A stretch of 62,329 nt of DNA, filler included. It is 9 parts of 9 records of this genome, joined end to end, with 100 filler letters (N's around TTAATTAATTAA, not from the genome) between each part and the next. Parts side by side here need not be neighbours in the genome. Positions count along the whole stretch, not along the records: positions 34,448 to 41,091 come from SRR31147125_35666; positions 41,192 to 50,493 come from SRR31147125_35682; positions 50,594 to 55,601 come from SRR31147125_35702; 6 more parts are not named here. The stretch is one strand, 5' to 3'. The notes beneath the pieces were generated by a model. That model was not told where the DNA came from and did not search any database. It was given only the letters and a program-made list of their open reading frames with translations. Shown here piece after piece: positions 41,048 to 50,750 of the stretch (positions are counted from its first letter, which is position 1; every line of letters begins with the position of its first letter). The position numbers and the translations under genes are program-made.

Positions 41048-41075
41048 CTATCGCCATGAGAGGTGTAGAACTTTA
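41048..41075 (-). promoter_or_regulatory. Possible sigma28-like promoter
   Basis: Minus strand TAAAGTTC-N12-GGCGATAG; spacing one nt longer than consensus. Confidence 0.4.
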
Positions 41076-41197
41076 GATGAGATAGGGCTTTNNNNNNNNN
41101 NNNNNNNNNNNNNNNNNNNNNNNNNNNNNNNNNNNTTAATTAATTAANNNNNNNNNNNNNNNNNNNNNNNNNNNNNNNNNNNNNNNNNNNNTTTACA

Positions 41198-41224
41198 AAC
41201 CCGGATTCTCCTCCGGGTTTTTTC
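41198..41224. terminator. Intrinsic terminator hairpin downstream of DUF190
   Basis: AAACCCGGA-TTCTCC-TCCGGGTTT followed by T-run. Confidence 0.7.
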
Positions 41225-41274
41225 ATGTTAAGACCTATTCTGATTATCTCATATGTTTTTTCTATCTGAACTAT

Positions 41275-41641
41275 CTATAAAAAATTCTCCTTGTATTTTT
41301 CGCCTTTTTCGTATCGAATAACATTAACTTCCCAAGGTTACCACTCCGCCTCGTTTACTGTGTTCCATAATATTGTTTACCCTTTCGGCGAATTTATCCA
41401 GTTTCTCAATATTATCTATTATTTCTATTATTACCGGAAGATCGCTCGATAAGGCAAATATTTTCATGGTGTGAATACTGTGGCTGGCGCCAAACGACAT
41501 AATTCCTTTGTAAACTGTTGCTCCGGCCATTCCTGCATTACGCGCTTCAAATACTATTTCTTCGAACAATACGCGGCCATTCATTTTATCCGATTCTCCC
41601 ACATAAATTTTCAGAATTCCGGTTTTTTCTGTTGTTTCCAT
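41275..41641 (-). CDS. DUF190 (PII-like) protein; frameshift near 41330
   Basis: LKIYVGESD, AGATVYKGIMSFG, LSSDLPVIIEI; frame continues EVNVIRY after the shift. Confidence 0.85.
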
Positions 41642-41716
41642 TGCTGTATAATTTTAGATATAACTGGTATATCTTTTTACCTAATAGCTTGCTCAGAGGT
41701 TTCAAAATTGATGTTA

Positions 41717-42496
41717 TTAATCCATATGTCCTTTAATTATTCCACGTTGCGATTGTTTGATAAAACTTATGATTTTGTCTCTTTCAAGGGTTTGCTTAAA
41801 GTTATTTTCAATAAATTCAATGGCGTAAGTAGTATTTCGTTTTTGTTGAAATATTATTCGGTAAATATCTTGCAGTTCATTAAGTTTGGTTTGTTCAAAA
41901 CCTTTTCGTTTTAGGCCAACAACGTTTATGCCGCTATAACTAAGTGGCTCGCGGGCAGCAATAATATACGGAGGTATGTCTTTGTTAACCTTACTAAGCC
42001 CGCTAAGCATACTGTTTTCTCCAATTCGGGTAAATTGATGAATCCCGGTAAGCCCGCTTATATTCACAAAATCTTCAACAATTACTTCGCCTGCAATTCC
42101 GGTTCCGAAGCCAATAATACAATTGTTGCCAATTTTGCAGTCGTGACCAATGTGTACATTTGCCATTATTAGGTTATTGTTGCCAATTGTTGTTACTTTT
42201 TTCAAATTTGTTCCCCGGTTTATGGTTACCGATTCCCTTACTGTATTCCAATCGCCAATTATCAGTGTTGTGTATTCTCCTTCGAATTTTAAATCCTGAG
42301 GAATGCCTGCTAGCACCGCACCGGAGTGAATATGGCAATTTCTACCAATTCTCGCACCGTTTAAAATAGATACGTTGTTTTCAATTCGGGTATTATCGCC
42401 AATCTCAACATCATTTTCGATGGTAGTAAAATTGCCAACGCTCACATTTTTGCCAATTTTACTTTGTTCGCCAATTATTGCACTTTTCGAAATCAT
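41717..42496 (-). CDS. lpxA: UDP-GlcNAc O-acyltransferase (probably an accessory paralog)
   Basis: Hexapeptide repeats, PQDLKFEGE, RESVTINRGT, MANVHIGHDC (catalytic His), HQFTRIG, DIPPY, GINVVGLKR. Confidence 0.88.
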   Translation of the reverse strand: MISKSAIIGEQSKIGKNVSVGNFTTIENDVEIGDNTRIENNVSILNGARIGRNCHIHSGAVLAGIPQDLKFEGEYTTLIIGDWNTVRESVTINRGTNLKKVTTIGNNNLIMANVHIGHDCKIGNNCIIGFGTGIAGEVIVEDFVNISGLTGIHQFTRIGENSMLSGLSKVNKDIPPYIIAAREPLSYSGINVVGLKRKGFEQTKLNELQDIYRIIFQQKRNTTYAIEFIENNFKQTLERDKIISFIKQSQRGIIKGHMD

Positions 42497-42549
42497 AAAT
42501 TTTATCCGATTTATTTGTGCAAAGGTCGGATATTAAGAGTTCATTTTTC

Positions 42550-42564
42550 TTGATGTAAGGTCAA
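42550..42564. promoter_or_regulatory. Crp/Fnr-like palindrome upstream of lpxA
   Basis: TTGATGTAAGGTCAA overlapping the regulator stop; minus-strand GACCTTTG (42520-42527) resembles the Bacteroidota -7 element. Confidence 0.45.
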
Positions 42565-43124
42565 TAAATGGAAGACCGGATTCGGCTTAATGTTTCCTGG
42601 CTGACGTTTAAAAGCGAAGCAATGTGCTTTTGTTTCGCTTTTTGAATAATCAATGGGAAGTTTTCGAGTAGGTATTTGTATTTTTTGCTTGCCGACATGG
42701 TTTCAAATATAAAATGGAATTCGTCGAAAGCGGCTAAGGATGTTCGTAGGAAATTTAGAAGAAAATCTTTGAATTGAGGAAAGTTTAGTAGCTCCTGTTC
42801 TCTCTCGAAAGTTAAGGAGTAAAGTATGGTTTTTTCACATGCTTGCAAATTCTCGAAAGCAGGTTTTTGCCGGAAATAACTGGCTTGAGACGATATCCAG
42901 TGTTTATCGTGGTACAACCAAATTGTTGATTCTTTTTCTTCGGTCGTATAATATCTTCGCACCAAACCACTTTTTATAAAACTTACTTTGGTACATACTT
43001 TTCCTTTCTCTAAAATAAAATCATTCTTCCCAATTTTTTCTTCAAAAAAACAGTCAAGAATTGCCTCCTTTGTTTGTTCGTCAAGCTCTTGGAATTGTTG
43101 TATGAAATGAATTAACTCAATCAT
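42561..43124 (-). CDS. Crp/Fnr-family regulator (cNMP-binding domain + HTH)
   Basis: FIKSGLVR.YY, QACE, KHIASLLNVSQETLSRIR. Confidence 0.88.
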   Translation of the reverse strand: MIELIHFIQQFQELDEQTKEAILDCFFEEKIGKNDFILEKGKVCTKVSFIKSGLVRRYYTTEEKESTIWLYHDKHWISSQASYFRQKPAFENLQACEKTILYSLTFEREQELLNFPQFKDFLLNFLRTSLAAFDEFHFIFETMSASKKYKYLLENFPLIIQKAKQKHIASLLNVSQETLSRIRSSIY

Positions 43125-43146
43125 AAATTTTTGAAATATTTTTGAG

Positions 43147-43527
43147 TTAAAAAAACGCCCGAACTAAAATCATTCCTACATAAACAGCGAACAAACCAAA
43201 GAACAAACTGCCACCAACGTTCCAAATAAATTGTCCGTAAGCCTGGTCTTTTAGCATGGTTAAATTGTTGTAGGCAAACGACGAAAAAGTAGTAAATCCG
43301 CCACAAACACCAACAGCCAGAAACATTCGCCATTCTGCGCTTAGTAAATTACCTTTTTGCGCCAGTGCAAATACAATCCCAATAATAAAACTTCCGGCCA
43401 TATTAGCTACAAATGTTCCCCACGGGAAAGTTGTACTTAGTCCTTTTTCAACGAAAATTTGAACAAGGTAACGCATTACACTACCAATAAAACCTCCTGC
43501 ACCCACTATTAGAATTGTTCGTAGCAT
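43147..43527 (-). CDS. crcB: Fluoride channel Fluc/CrcB
   Basis: GGFIGSVMRY, FPWGTFVAN..GSF, GVCGGFTTFSSF. Confidence 0.95.
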   Translation of the reverse strand: MLRTILIVGAGGFIGSVMRYLVQIFVEKGLSTTFPWGTFVANMAGSFIIGIVFALAQKGNLLSAEWRMFLAVGVCGGFTTFSSFAYNNLTMLKDQAYGQFIWNVGGSLFFGLFAVYVGMILVRAFF

Positions 43528-43617
43528 ATTTTTACAGTTTAATATGAATTACAACTAAGAGTTTCTCAGCAATTTGAATTTTTATCTATTATTTTTAGGC
43601 ATTCAAATGTAATAAAA

Positions 43618-45045
43618 ATGAGTAAACGATATTTTCTTCTTAGCATTTCTGTTTTTATAGTTTTAAATGCTTTTGCACAACAATCTTTTAATAACGCGCT
43701 TCAACAGTTTTTGCAGAAACCGGAGTATAAAAATGCCGCAGTTGGAATAAATGTAGTCGATCTTTCTTCCGGAGAATCGCTTTTTAGTCTAAATCCCGAA
43801 AAGGTGATGGTTCCGGCATCAACCATGAAACTTGTTACTACTTCGGCAGCATTAGAATTATTGGGTAATGATTATCGTTTCGAAACCAAAATTGCGTATC
43901 GTGGGAAGCTCGATAAAAATGGAAATCTTAATGGCGATTTGGTTGTAATTGGAGGCGCCGATCCTGCTTTGGGCTCCGAGTATTTTAGCGACCATTACAT
44001 GGATTTTATGAAGAACTGGGTACTGGCAATTAAAAATGCAGGCATTAAAAAAATAAGTGGCAACTTAATTTTAGATGGTTCGGTATACGATACTGAGAAA
44101 GTTCCTGATACATGGATTTGGGGCGATATGGGAAATTATTATGGTGCGGGGCCCAGCGCATTTACTATCTACGATAATATGTATCGCATAACATTCTCGT
44201 CGCCCAGAAAAGAGGGAAAGCTTACAGAGGTGATTGCTGTTTATCCGAAAATTGAAGGAATGGAGATAGAAAATGAAGTGCTATCGGCCGATAATAATGT
44301 AGATAATGCTTATGTATTTGGCGGCCCTTTCGATAAAAACCGGGTAATTCGTGGAACCATTCCCCGCAACAGGAAAGCATTTACAATTAAAGCATCTATT
44401 CCACAACCCGAAGAAATTTTTGCCGACCAGTTTATAAATGCTTTGGCAAACGAAGGTATTTTTATTTCGGGAGAAACATTATTTGAAACGAGTGAGAAGA
44501 AAACACAGGAAACAATTTATATACAGGAATCGCCAACACTTGCCGAAATTGCTGTAGTACTAAACCACGAAAGTGTGAATTTATTTGCCGAACATTTTCT
44601 GAAACAAATTGCAGTTGTTAAAAAAGGAGTTGGAAACAGGCACGATGCCATCGATTTGGTAAAAGAGTTTTGGGAATCGAAAGGTGTTTCAACCGAATAC
44701 CTTTTTATGGAAGATGGAAGTGGTCTGTCGCATTTTAATTTGGTATCGCCTAAATTTTTTACCGAATTTTTGCGGTATATGGCTAAAAATGGTGCATTTG
44801 TAGAATCGTTGCCCAATGCTGGTGAAGGTACTTTAAAACGTTTTAGCCAATCTAATTTCCCCGGAAAAACGCTACAGGCAAAGAGTGGTTCAATGACCCG
44901 CGTTCGTTGTTATTCTGGCTATCTTAAAACAAATTCGGGAAAAACATTGGTCTTCTCTACAATGTTTAATCATTTCTCGGGATCTCATTCAGCACTAATA
45001 AAAGAAATTGAACAATTACTTCTTTCGTTAAAAAAGTCGGTGTAG
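43618..45045 (+). CDS. dacB: D-Ala-D-Ala carboxypeptidase/endopeptidase PBP4
   Basis: PASTMK (SxxK), ESVNLFAE (SxN), DGSGLS, AKSGSM. Confidence 0.92.
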   Translation: MSKRYFLLSISVFIVLNAFAQQSFNNALQQFLQKPEYKNAAVGINVVDLSSGESLFSLNPEKVMVPASTMKLVTTSAALELLGNDYRFETKIAYRGKLDKNGNLNGDLVVIGGADPALGSEYFSDHYMDFMKNWVLAIKNAGIKKISGNLILDGSVYDTEKVPDTWIWGDMGNYYGAGPSAFTIYDNMYRITFSSPRKEGKLTEVIAVYPKIEGMEIENEVLSADNNVDNAYVFGGPFDKNRVIRGTIPRNRKAFTIKASIPQPEEIFADQFINALANEGIFISGETLFETSEKKTQETIYIQESPTLAEIAVVLNHESVNLFAEHFLKQIAVVKKGVGNRHDAIDLVKEFWESKGVSTEYLFMEDGSGLSHFNLVSPKFFTEFLRYMAKNGAFVESLPNAGEGTLKRFSQSNFPGKTLQAKSGSMTRVRCYSGYLKTNSGKTLVFSTMFNHFSGSHSALIKEIEQLLLSLKKSV

Positions 45046-45336
45046 TTTTTAATTAAAATATATAGTTAAATTAAAATTCTGTTTTGCAAGGTGTTGTAAA
45101 TCAGACTTGAAAGTGTTTTATTTAAGAATTACTTTACATTTCGCTATTGACTGATGTGTATTTATATCGTAACTTGTATTCACCATTAAATATTGAATTC
45201 AATAATATCTGAATTCAAGAGTACAGAAGATAATCATACCATAGCCCTGTTTCATTAGTATTATATTGTTTAGTACTGTTTAGTTATATACAGTACAATT
45301 TACGTGTTGGTTTTTCGAAATCTAAAACCTCAAAAA

Positions 45337-45924
45337 ATGATTTACGAGACCTTACAGATACTAAGAGAACAACTTGAAAACTACCTTGATGCTGCCGGTT
45401 TAGGAAAAATCGTAATACTGGATAATGTGGCTATGTTAGAATCGGGCAGCGATAATGCTTCCGATTTGGAAGGGAAAGTAATTATATCTTTAATTAACGT
45501 TGAAGAAGAAACGACATTAAAAAATGTATCGGCAGTAAAAGTTGTTAATAATAAGTCGGAATATAGAAATCCTCCTGTTAATGTTAATCTCTATTTTCTT
45601 GTTAGTGCGTATTGCGATTCGTACGACAATTCTTTAATGAGTATATCAAAAACCATTGAGTTTTTCCAGGGAAAGAAAGTGTTTACATCGGGTAATACCA
45701 TATACAACCGTGCCGATGTAAGTCTTTTAGAGTACTTCAAATTTGTAATTGAGCTTTATACGCCATCGTTCGAAGAATGGAATAACATTTGGGGAACGCT
45801 GGGTGGCCGTCAATTACCTTCTGTTCTGTATAAAGTACAATTAATTCAGATTGAAAGCGATAAGAAACTCTCCAGCTCTGAGTTAATAACCGAGATTAGC
45901 GGAAAATTAAACGACACGAATTAA
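45337..45924 (+). CDS. eCIS cap/tail terminator (DUF4255, Afp16/Pvc16-like)
   Basis: LINVEEE, PPVNVNLYFLVSA, FFQGKKVF, WGTLGGRQLPSVLYKV. Confidence 0.85.
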   Translation: MIYETLQILREQLENYLDAAGLGKIVILDNVAMLESGSDNASDLEGKVIISLINVEEETTLKNVSAVKVVNNKSEYRNPPVNVNLYFLVSAYCDSYDNSLMSISKTIEFFQGKKVFTSGNTIYNRADVSLLEYFKFVIELYTPSFEEWNNIWGTLGGRQLPSVLYKVQLIQIESDKKLSSSELITEISGKLNDTN

Positions 45925-46799
45925 TGGCATTCAATATAACATATAAACCACTATTTCAGGTAAATATTCTGCACCAGTATTATTTAAATAAGGGAACTGC
46001 GGAGTATGCATCTATGAACGAAACAGAAAAAGAAACACAGCTTATCGGCTATAATTTCTCAGATTTCTTTACCATTCAAATTTCAAACGAAAATCGTCGT
46101 AAACTGAACGGACACAACATGGTTTTCAAAACTACCAATACCGGTTTTAAAGTTTGGACAAAAGTTACAGAGGCGAATGAAAATGTCCCTTTTATTGCAA
46201 TTAGCGATAGCCTCTGTCTTACATTTTTGTTGAAATTAAACAACACAACATTCTTCAACTTTTCTGAACTGGAATTTGAAAATTTAGATAAGCTGTTTTT
46301 CTTTTCTAACAGAAGATTAAGCACCGAAGCCAACAACTTTCCACTAATTAAAAAAGCCGGCACATACACCACGGTTAACAGCAATTTTGTGCTTGGTAAC
46401 GAGAGTGCAGAAGCTGAATTGGAACAATTAACAACTGCCGAAAAACAGAATCTTTTTGGCATTGTGAAACTTTATATGAGAGCTGATACCGGTGCACTTC
46501 ACATTGTAACAAATCAAAACAAAATACAAGATCCTTTTCGCGAATTTGATATAAATATTGCCAATAGAAAAACATTCTGGAGGTACTTTTTTAACGAAAA
46601 TCAACAAGTAAATAGTAACGATGATGTGAAAAAGGAAGATGGTAGTGCAGTGCAACTTGTAACACGACAAAAACAACCGCTTACTGCTTCCGGATTTGTA
46701 TCGATTGAACTTGGTGGAGTTGAGCTTCCGAACCCTGATGCAACTTTAGTAAAGCCCAACAGTACCAACAATAAAATATATTCTGAAATATACATGTAA
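45924..46799 (+). CDS. eCIS-associated protein, probable cap adaptor
   Basis: Between DUF4255 and sheath, coupled to DUF4255; LFQVNILHQYY, NRKTFWRY, LPNPD, YSEIY. Confidence 0.6.
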   Translation: MAFNITYKPLFQVNILHQYYLNKGTAEYASMNETEKETQLIGYNFSDFFTIQISNENRRKLNGHNMVFKTTNTGFKVWTKVTEANENVPFIAISDSLCLTFLLKLNNTTFFNFSELEFENLDKLFFFSNRRLSTEANNFPLIKKAGTYTTVNSNFVLGNESAEAELEQLTTAEKQNLFGIVKLYMRADTGALHIVTNQNKIQDPFREFDINIANRKTFWRYFFNENQQVNSNDDVKKEDGSAVQLVTRQKQPLTASGFVSIELGGVELPNPDATLVKPNSTNNKIYSEIYM

Positions 46800-46817
46800 A
46801 ATTTAAAACTAACAGTT

Positions 46818-48239
46818 ATGGCAACAACGTACAAAACACCAGGCGTTTATGTAGAGGAAATTTCTGTTTTCCCGCCTTCGGTCGCTCAGGTTGAGACCGC
46901 CATTCCCGCCTTTATTGGCTACACTCAAAAAGCCAAAAAAATCGTTGACGATGATTTGGTTGATGTTCCCACACGAATAACTTCGTTGCTGGAGTATGAA
47001 CAGTATTTTGGAGGGGCAGATAACGAAGAAAACATTGCGGTAAATATCGACGATGTTTACGACACTTCGGGGAACCTAACCCGTACAATACAGGTTCCTG
47101 ATCCTTCTACAAAATCGCCTTACCTAATGTACTATGCCATGCAAATGTATTTTGCAAACGGCGGAGGCCCATGTTACATTATTTCTGTAGGAGATTACTC
47201 ATCGGGTACAGTAAGTAAATCCGACCTTGGTGCTAACGGTGGTTTAGCATTGTTGGCAAAAGAAGATGAACCAACACTTATTTTATTCCCCGATGCAACA
47301 AATGTATCAACAGTAACCAACTTCTACGATTTGTTTGAAGAAGCCATGATGCAGAGTCACGACTTGCAAGACAGGTTTACCATTATAGATACCTTTAACG
47401 AGGCAAGTACATTTGCCGATACTCTGCGCACCAATATTAGTCTTGGTACCGATTACCTTAAATATGGTGCAGCTTATTATCCCTGGCTGAAAACAACTTT
47501 GCCTTATGCTTACGACGAAGGCGATGTAACTATTGCACATACCGAAACCGATGCTCCGGCAGGAACTACAAGTTACGACACTGTTGCGGTTAACGACGCA
47601 AGCGTTGTGGCAAATACCGAATTGTACAACCAGATAAAAGTTGAGCTACAGAAACTTACCGTAACGCTGCCACCATCGAGTGCAATGGCAGGTATTTATG
47701 CCCGTGTCGACAGTAATCGCGGAGTTTGGAAAGCACCTGCAAATGTTGGAGTAATGAGTGTTGTAGGTCCCAATGTGAAAGTAACTAATTTGGAACAGGA
47801 TGGTTTGAATGTTGATACTTCGGGTAAATCGATAAATGTAATTCGCACATTCGCCGGAAAAGGAACATTAGTTTGGGGAGCACGCACACTTGCCGGAAAC
47901 GACAATGAATGGAGATATGTTCCCGTTCGCCGTTTCTTTAATATGGTTGAAGAATCGGTAAAAAAAGCAACTTCTCAGTTTGTTTTCGAACCTAACGATG
48001 CCAATACCTGGGTAAAGGTTAGGGCAATGATTGAAAACTTTTTAACTCTTCAGTGGAGAGCTGGTGCATTGGCCGGAGCAAAACCTGAAGATGCATTCTT
48101 TGTAAAAGTAGGACTTGGACAAACCATGACAGCACAAGACATTCTGGAAGGCAGAATGAATATTGAAATAGGTATGGCTGCTGTTCGTCCGGCTGAATTT
48201 ATTATCCTGAAATTCTCACATAAAATGCAGGAATCTTAA
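46818..48239 (+). CDS. Contractile tail sheath protein
   Basis: YKTPGVYVEEI, TAIPAFIGYT, RGVWKAPAN, VWGARTL, WRYVPVRR, FVFEPND, VRPAEFIIL. Confidence 0.95.
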   Translation: MATTYKTPGVYVEEISVFPPSVAQVETAIPAFIGYTQKAKKIVDDDLVDVPTRITSLLEYEQYFGGADNEENIAVNIDDVYDTSGNLTRTIQVPDPSTKSPYLMYYAMQMYFANGGGPCYIISVGDYSSGTVSKSDLGANGGLALLAKEDEPTLILFPDATNVSTVTNFYDLFEEAMMQSHDLQDRFTIIDTFNEASTFADTLRTNISLGTDYLKYGAAYYPWLKTTLPYAYDEGDVTIAHTETDAPAGTTSYDTVAVNDASVVANTELYNQIKVELQKLTVTLPPSSAMAGIYARVDSNRGVWKAPANVGVMSVVGPNVKVTNLEQDGLNVDTSGKSINVIRTFAGKGTLVWGARTLAGNDNEWRYVPVRRFFNMVEESVKKATSQFVFEPNDANTWVKVRAMIENFLTLQWRAGALAGAKPEDAFFVKVGLGQTMTAQDILEGRMNIEIGMAAVRPAEFIILKFSHKMQES

Positions 48240-48262
48240 TCAATAATTAAAAAGTAGAAATC

Positions 48263-48697
48263 ATGGCAACAGAATATCCAATTGTAAAGTTTCATTTTCA
48301 AGTTGATTGGGCTGGAACAAAAATAGGATTCACCGAGGTTTCAGGATTAGATGTTGAAACCGAAGCAGTGGAATACCGTCACGGAGCAAGCCCCGAGTAT
48401 TTTAAAACGAAAATGCCCGGAATGCAAAAGTGGAGTAACATTACTTTAAAAAGAGGAACATTCGCCGGCGATAACGAGTTTTACGACTGGTGGAATACCG
48501 TTAAACTAAATACAATCGAACGTCGCGATATTACCATTAGCTTGCTAAACGAATCGCACGAACCGGTTGTGGTTTGGAAAGTTAAAAATGCATGGCCAAC
48601 AAAAGTGCAGTCTACCGATTTAAAAGCCGATGGCAACGAGGTAGCTATTGAAAGTATGGAATTGGTGCATGAAGGTTTAATGATTCAAAATGAATAA
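48263..48697 (+). CDS. Tail tube protein (T4 gp19 / Afp1-like)
   Basis: FTEVSGL, KMPG....NITLKRG, RRDITISLLNE, AWP.K, NEVAIE. Confidence 0.93.
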   Translation: MATEYPIVKFHFQVDWAGTKIGFTEVSGLDVETEAVEYRHGASPEYFKTKMPGMQKWSNITLKRGTFAGDNEFYDWWNTVKLNTIERRDITISLLNESHEPVVVWKVKNAWPTKVQSTDLKADGNEVAIESMELVHEGLMIQNE

Positions 48698-48699
48698 AA

Positions 48700-49149
48700 A
48701 TGGCTGATTATTATCCACCTCTTGGATTTCATTTTAAAATTGAGTTTGCCAACTATCCCGGCGAAGCTGAGTTTCAATCGGTATCGGGCTTAACCGCCGA
48801 ATTAGATACAGAAGAAATTGTAGAAGGGGGAGAAAATCGATTTAAGCACAAAGTTCCGGTCAGGGCTTCGTACCCTAACTTGATATTAAAAAGAGGTTTG
48901 TTGGTTGATTCTGATATTATTAATTGGTGTTTAGATGCCATTGAGAATTTCGATTTTCAGCCTACAGACCTTATCGTTAAACTATTAAACGAAAATCACG
49001 ATCCTTTGGTTAGTTGGAATGTGGTTCATGCATATCCTATAAAATGGAATGTAAGCGATTTAAATGCCGAAGAAAACAAGTTGGCAATTGAAACTCTGGA
49101 ACTTACGTACAACTATTTTAATGTGATATACTATCAGTATGCCGATTGA
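48700..49149 (+). CDS. Second gp19-family tube protein (Afp5-like)
   Basis: YYPPLGFHF, FQSVSGL, EGGENRF, NLILKRG, AYPIKW, AIETLEL. Confidence 0.9.
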   Translation: MADYYPPLGFHFKIEFANYPGEAEFQSVSGLTAELDTEEIVEGGENRFKHKVPVRASYPNLILKRGLLVDSDIINWCLDAIENFDFQPTDLIVKLLNENHDPLVSWNVVHAYPIKWNVSDLNAEENKLAIETLELTYNYFNVIYYQYAD

Positions 49150-49300
49150 AATAAAAGAGCTGAATATTAAAATTGCTGTAGGCGAAAGTTCTGGAACTCC
49201 ACCTGCAGCAAATACAGAAAATGCTGACAGCAACGAGCAAACAATTGAAGCTTGTGTTGAGCAGATAATGGAAATTTTGTCGAATAAAGACGAACGTTGA
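49139..49300 (+). CDS. Small eCIS protein (DUF5908/Afp6-like), absent from the ORF track
   Basis: Manual translation: MPIEIKELNIKIAVGESSG...IEACVEQIMEILSNKDER. Confidence 0.8.
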   Translation: MPIEIKELNIKIAVGESSGTPPAANTENADSNEQTIEACVEQIMEILSNKDER

Positions 49301-49301
49301 T

Positions 49302-50018
49302 ATGCCCGGCGAATTAACAAAATTGCAGATAAAAGCTTATTCCGACGAAACATTTCAAACGGAAGTGGCTGATGGCGAATTCAATACATTGCTGAACCCG
49401 GAGAAATATATTTATAAATATAAGGTTGAGCAAAACCGGCGCCAGGCTTCAGGAACAAGCGGATCATCGCCAAGGTATAACCGTACCCCACCGGAAGATT
49501 TGGAACTGGAGTTTATTTTCGACCGCACCGGTGTACTTGTAAATTATGGTGAACCAGATACTGGCGACGACCGACTATCGGTTGATGAGGGTGTTGGAAT
49601 TGCCGACGATATAGACCTGTTTAAACGTGTAGTTTTCGATTATAACGGCGACGAACACCGGCCAAACTATTTGGTTATTACCTGGGGAGCACTTTTGTTT
49701 AAAGGTGTACTCACCGAAATGGACATTACATTTAAACTGTTTAAAGCCGATGGCGCACCATTAAGAGCAACTGCCAATGCTAAGTTTAACGGGTTTATAG
49801 AAGATAACTTGCGTGTGGCTCTTGAGAACAATTCATCGCCCGATTTAACGCATATTAGAATTGTAAAAGAGGGCGATACATTGCCACTTATGACATATCG
49901 AATTTACGGCGATTCGAAATATTACCTTTAAGTTGCAAAAGCAAATAATTTAACCAATTTCAGAAAACTTGAAGTGGGACAGAAAATATTTTTCCCTCCC
50001 ATTGAAAAAGTATCGTAA
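49302..50018 (+). CDS. Tube initiator/LysM protein (Afp7-like) with an in-frame TAA at 49929-49931
   Basis: NPEKY, FDRTG, HRPNYL...WG, LFKADGAPLRA, SPDLTH...KEGDTL; same frame resumes VAKANNLTNFRKLEVGQKIFFPPIEKVS. Confidence 0.85.
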
Positions 50019-50020
50019 AA

Positions 50021-50493
50021 ATGCCTGAAGAAAGAGTAATACCAACTAATAGAGCTACCGACCTTATTACCCACAAAATATTAGTGGAGGGCGAGGAGCT
50101 TGCATCTACCTACCAGGTGCTTAGCATTGCCGTGGAAAAGGAATTGAACCGAATTCCTATGGCAAAAATTGTTTTGCTCGATGGTGATCCTTCTTCACAA
50201 GATTTTGCATTAAGCAACGAGGCACATTTTGTTCCGGGAAACGAAATTGAAATAAAAGCAGGTTATCATTCCGATGAAGAAACAATTTTTAAAGGCATTG
50301 TTATTCGGCATGGTTTAAAAATTCGTTCGAACGGGGCAGTTTTGGTTGTTGAGTGTAAAGACACAGCAGTAAAACTTACCATCGGACGTAAAAACAAATA
50401 TTTTAACGACAGTAACGACAGCACTATTATTGAAGAAATAATAGATGGGTATGGACTAGAAAAAGATGTTGAGGCAACAAATGTTGAACACCT
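50021..50493 (+). CDS. VgrG-like spike (Afp8), 3' truncated
   Basis: VEKELNRIP.AKI.L.DGD, F.PG.EIEI.AGY, IFKGIV, KLT.GRK; position in the eCIS. Confidence 0.85.
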
Positions 50494-50593
50494 NNNNNNN
50501 NNNNNNNNNNNNNNNNNNNNNNNNNNNNNNNNNNNNNTTAATTAATTAANNNNNNNNNNNNNNNNNNNNNNNNNNNNNNNNNNNNNNNNNNNN

Positions 50594-50750
50594 TTTTTTT
50601 GTAGCCACAATAAGAACAATTCAAATTACATCGAAATGTAACAAAAAAGGTTAATAACAAAGGATGCCTTGGGGGCTGGTGCATAACCCAGACATTATAA
50701 ATATCAAATAGGATATTTTTTAATAAATGTAATCCAAAAGTGGTTTTCAT
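50594..50750 (-). CDS. Radical SAM protein, N-terminal fragment
   Basis: VTFRCNLNCSYC (CxxxCxxC). Confidence 0.7.

Noticed and set aside
43528-43617. Fluoride riboswitch upstream of crcB
   Set aside because: The 90-nt AT-rich leader lacks the GATGG..pseudoknot consensus
45273-45296. LexA SOS box before the eCIS
   Set aside because: CTG and CAG are 12 nt apart, not 10, and the proteobacterial box is not expected in Bacteroidota
45337-50493. Prophage or type VI secretion system
   Set aside because: gp19-type tubes, single-gene sheath, DUF4255 and DUF5908 indicate eCIS; no TssB/C, Hcp or head genes in view
41717-50493. Functional link between the fluoride/lpxA genes and the eCIS
   Set aside because: Opposite strands, separated by housekeeping dacB; adjacency alone is insufficient
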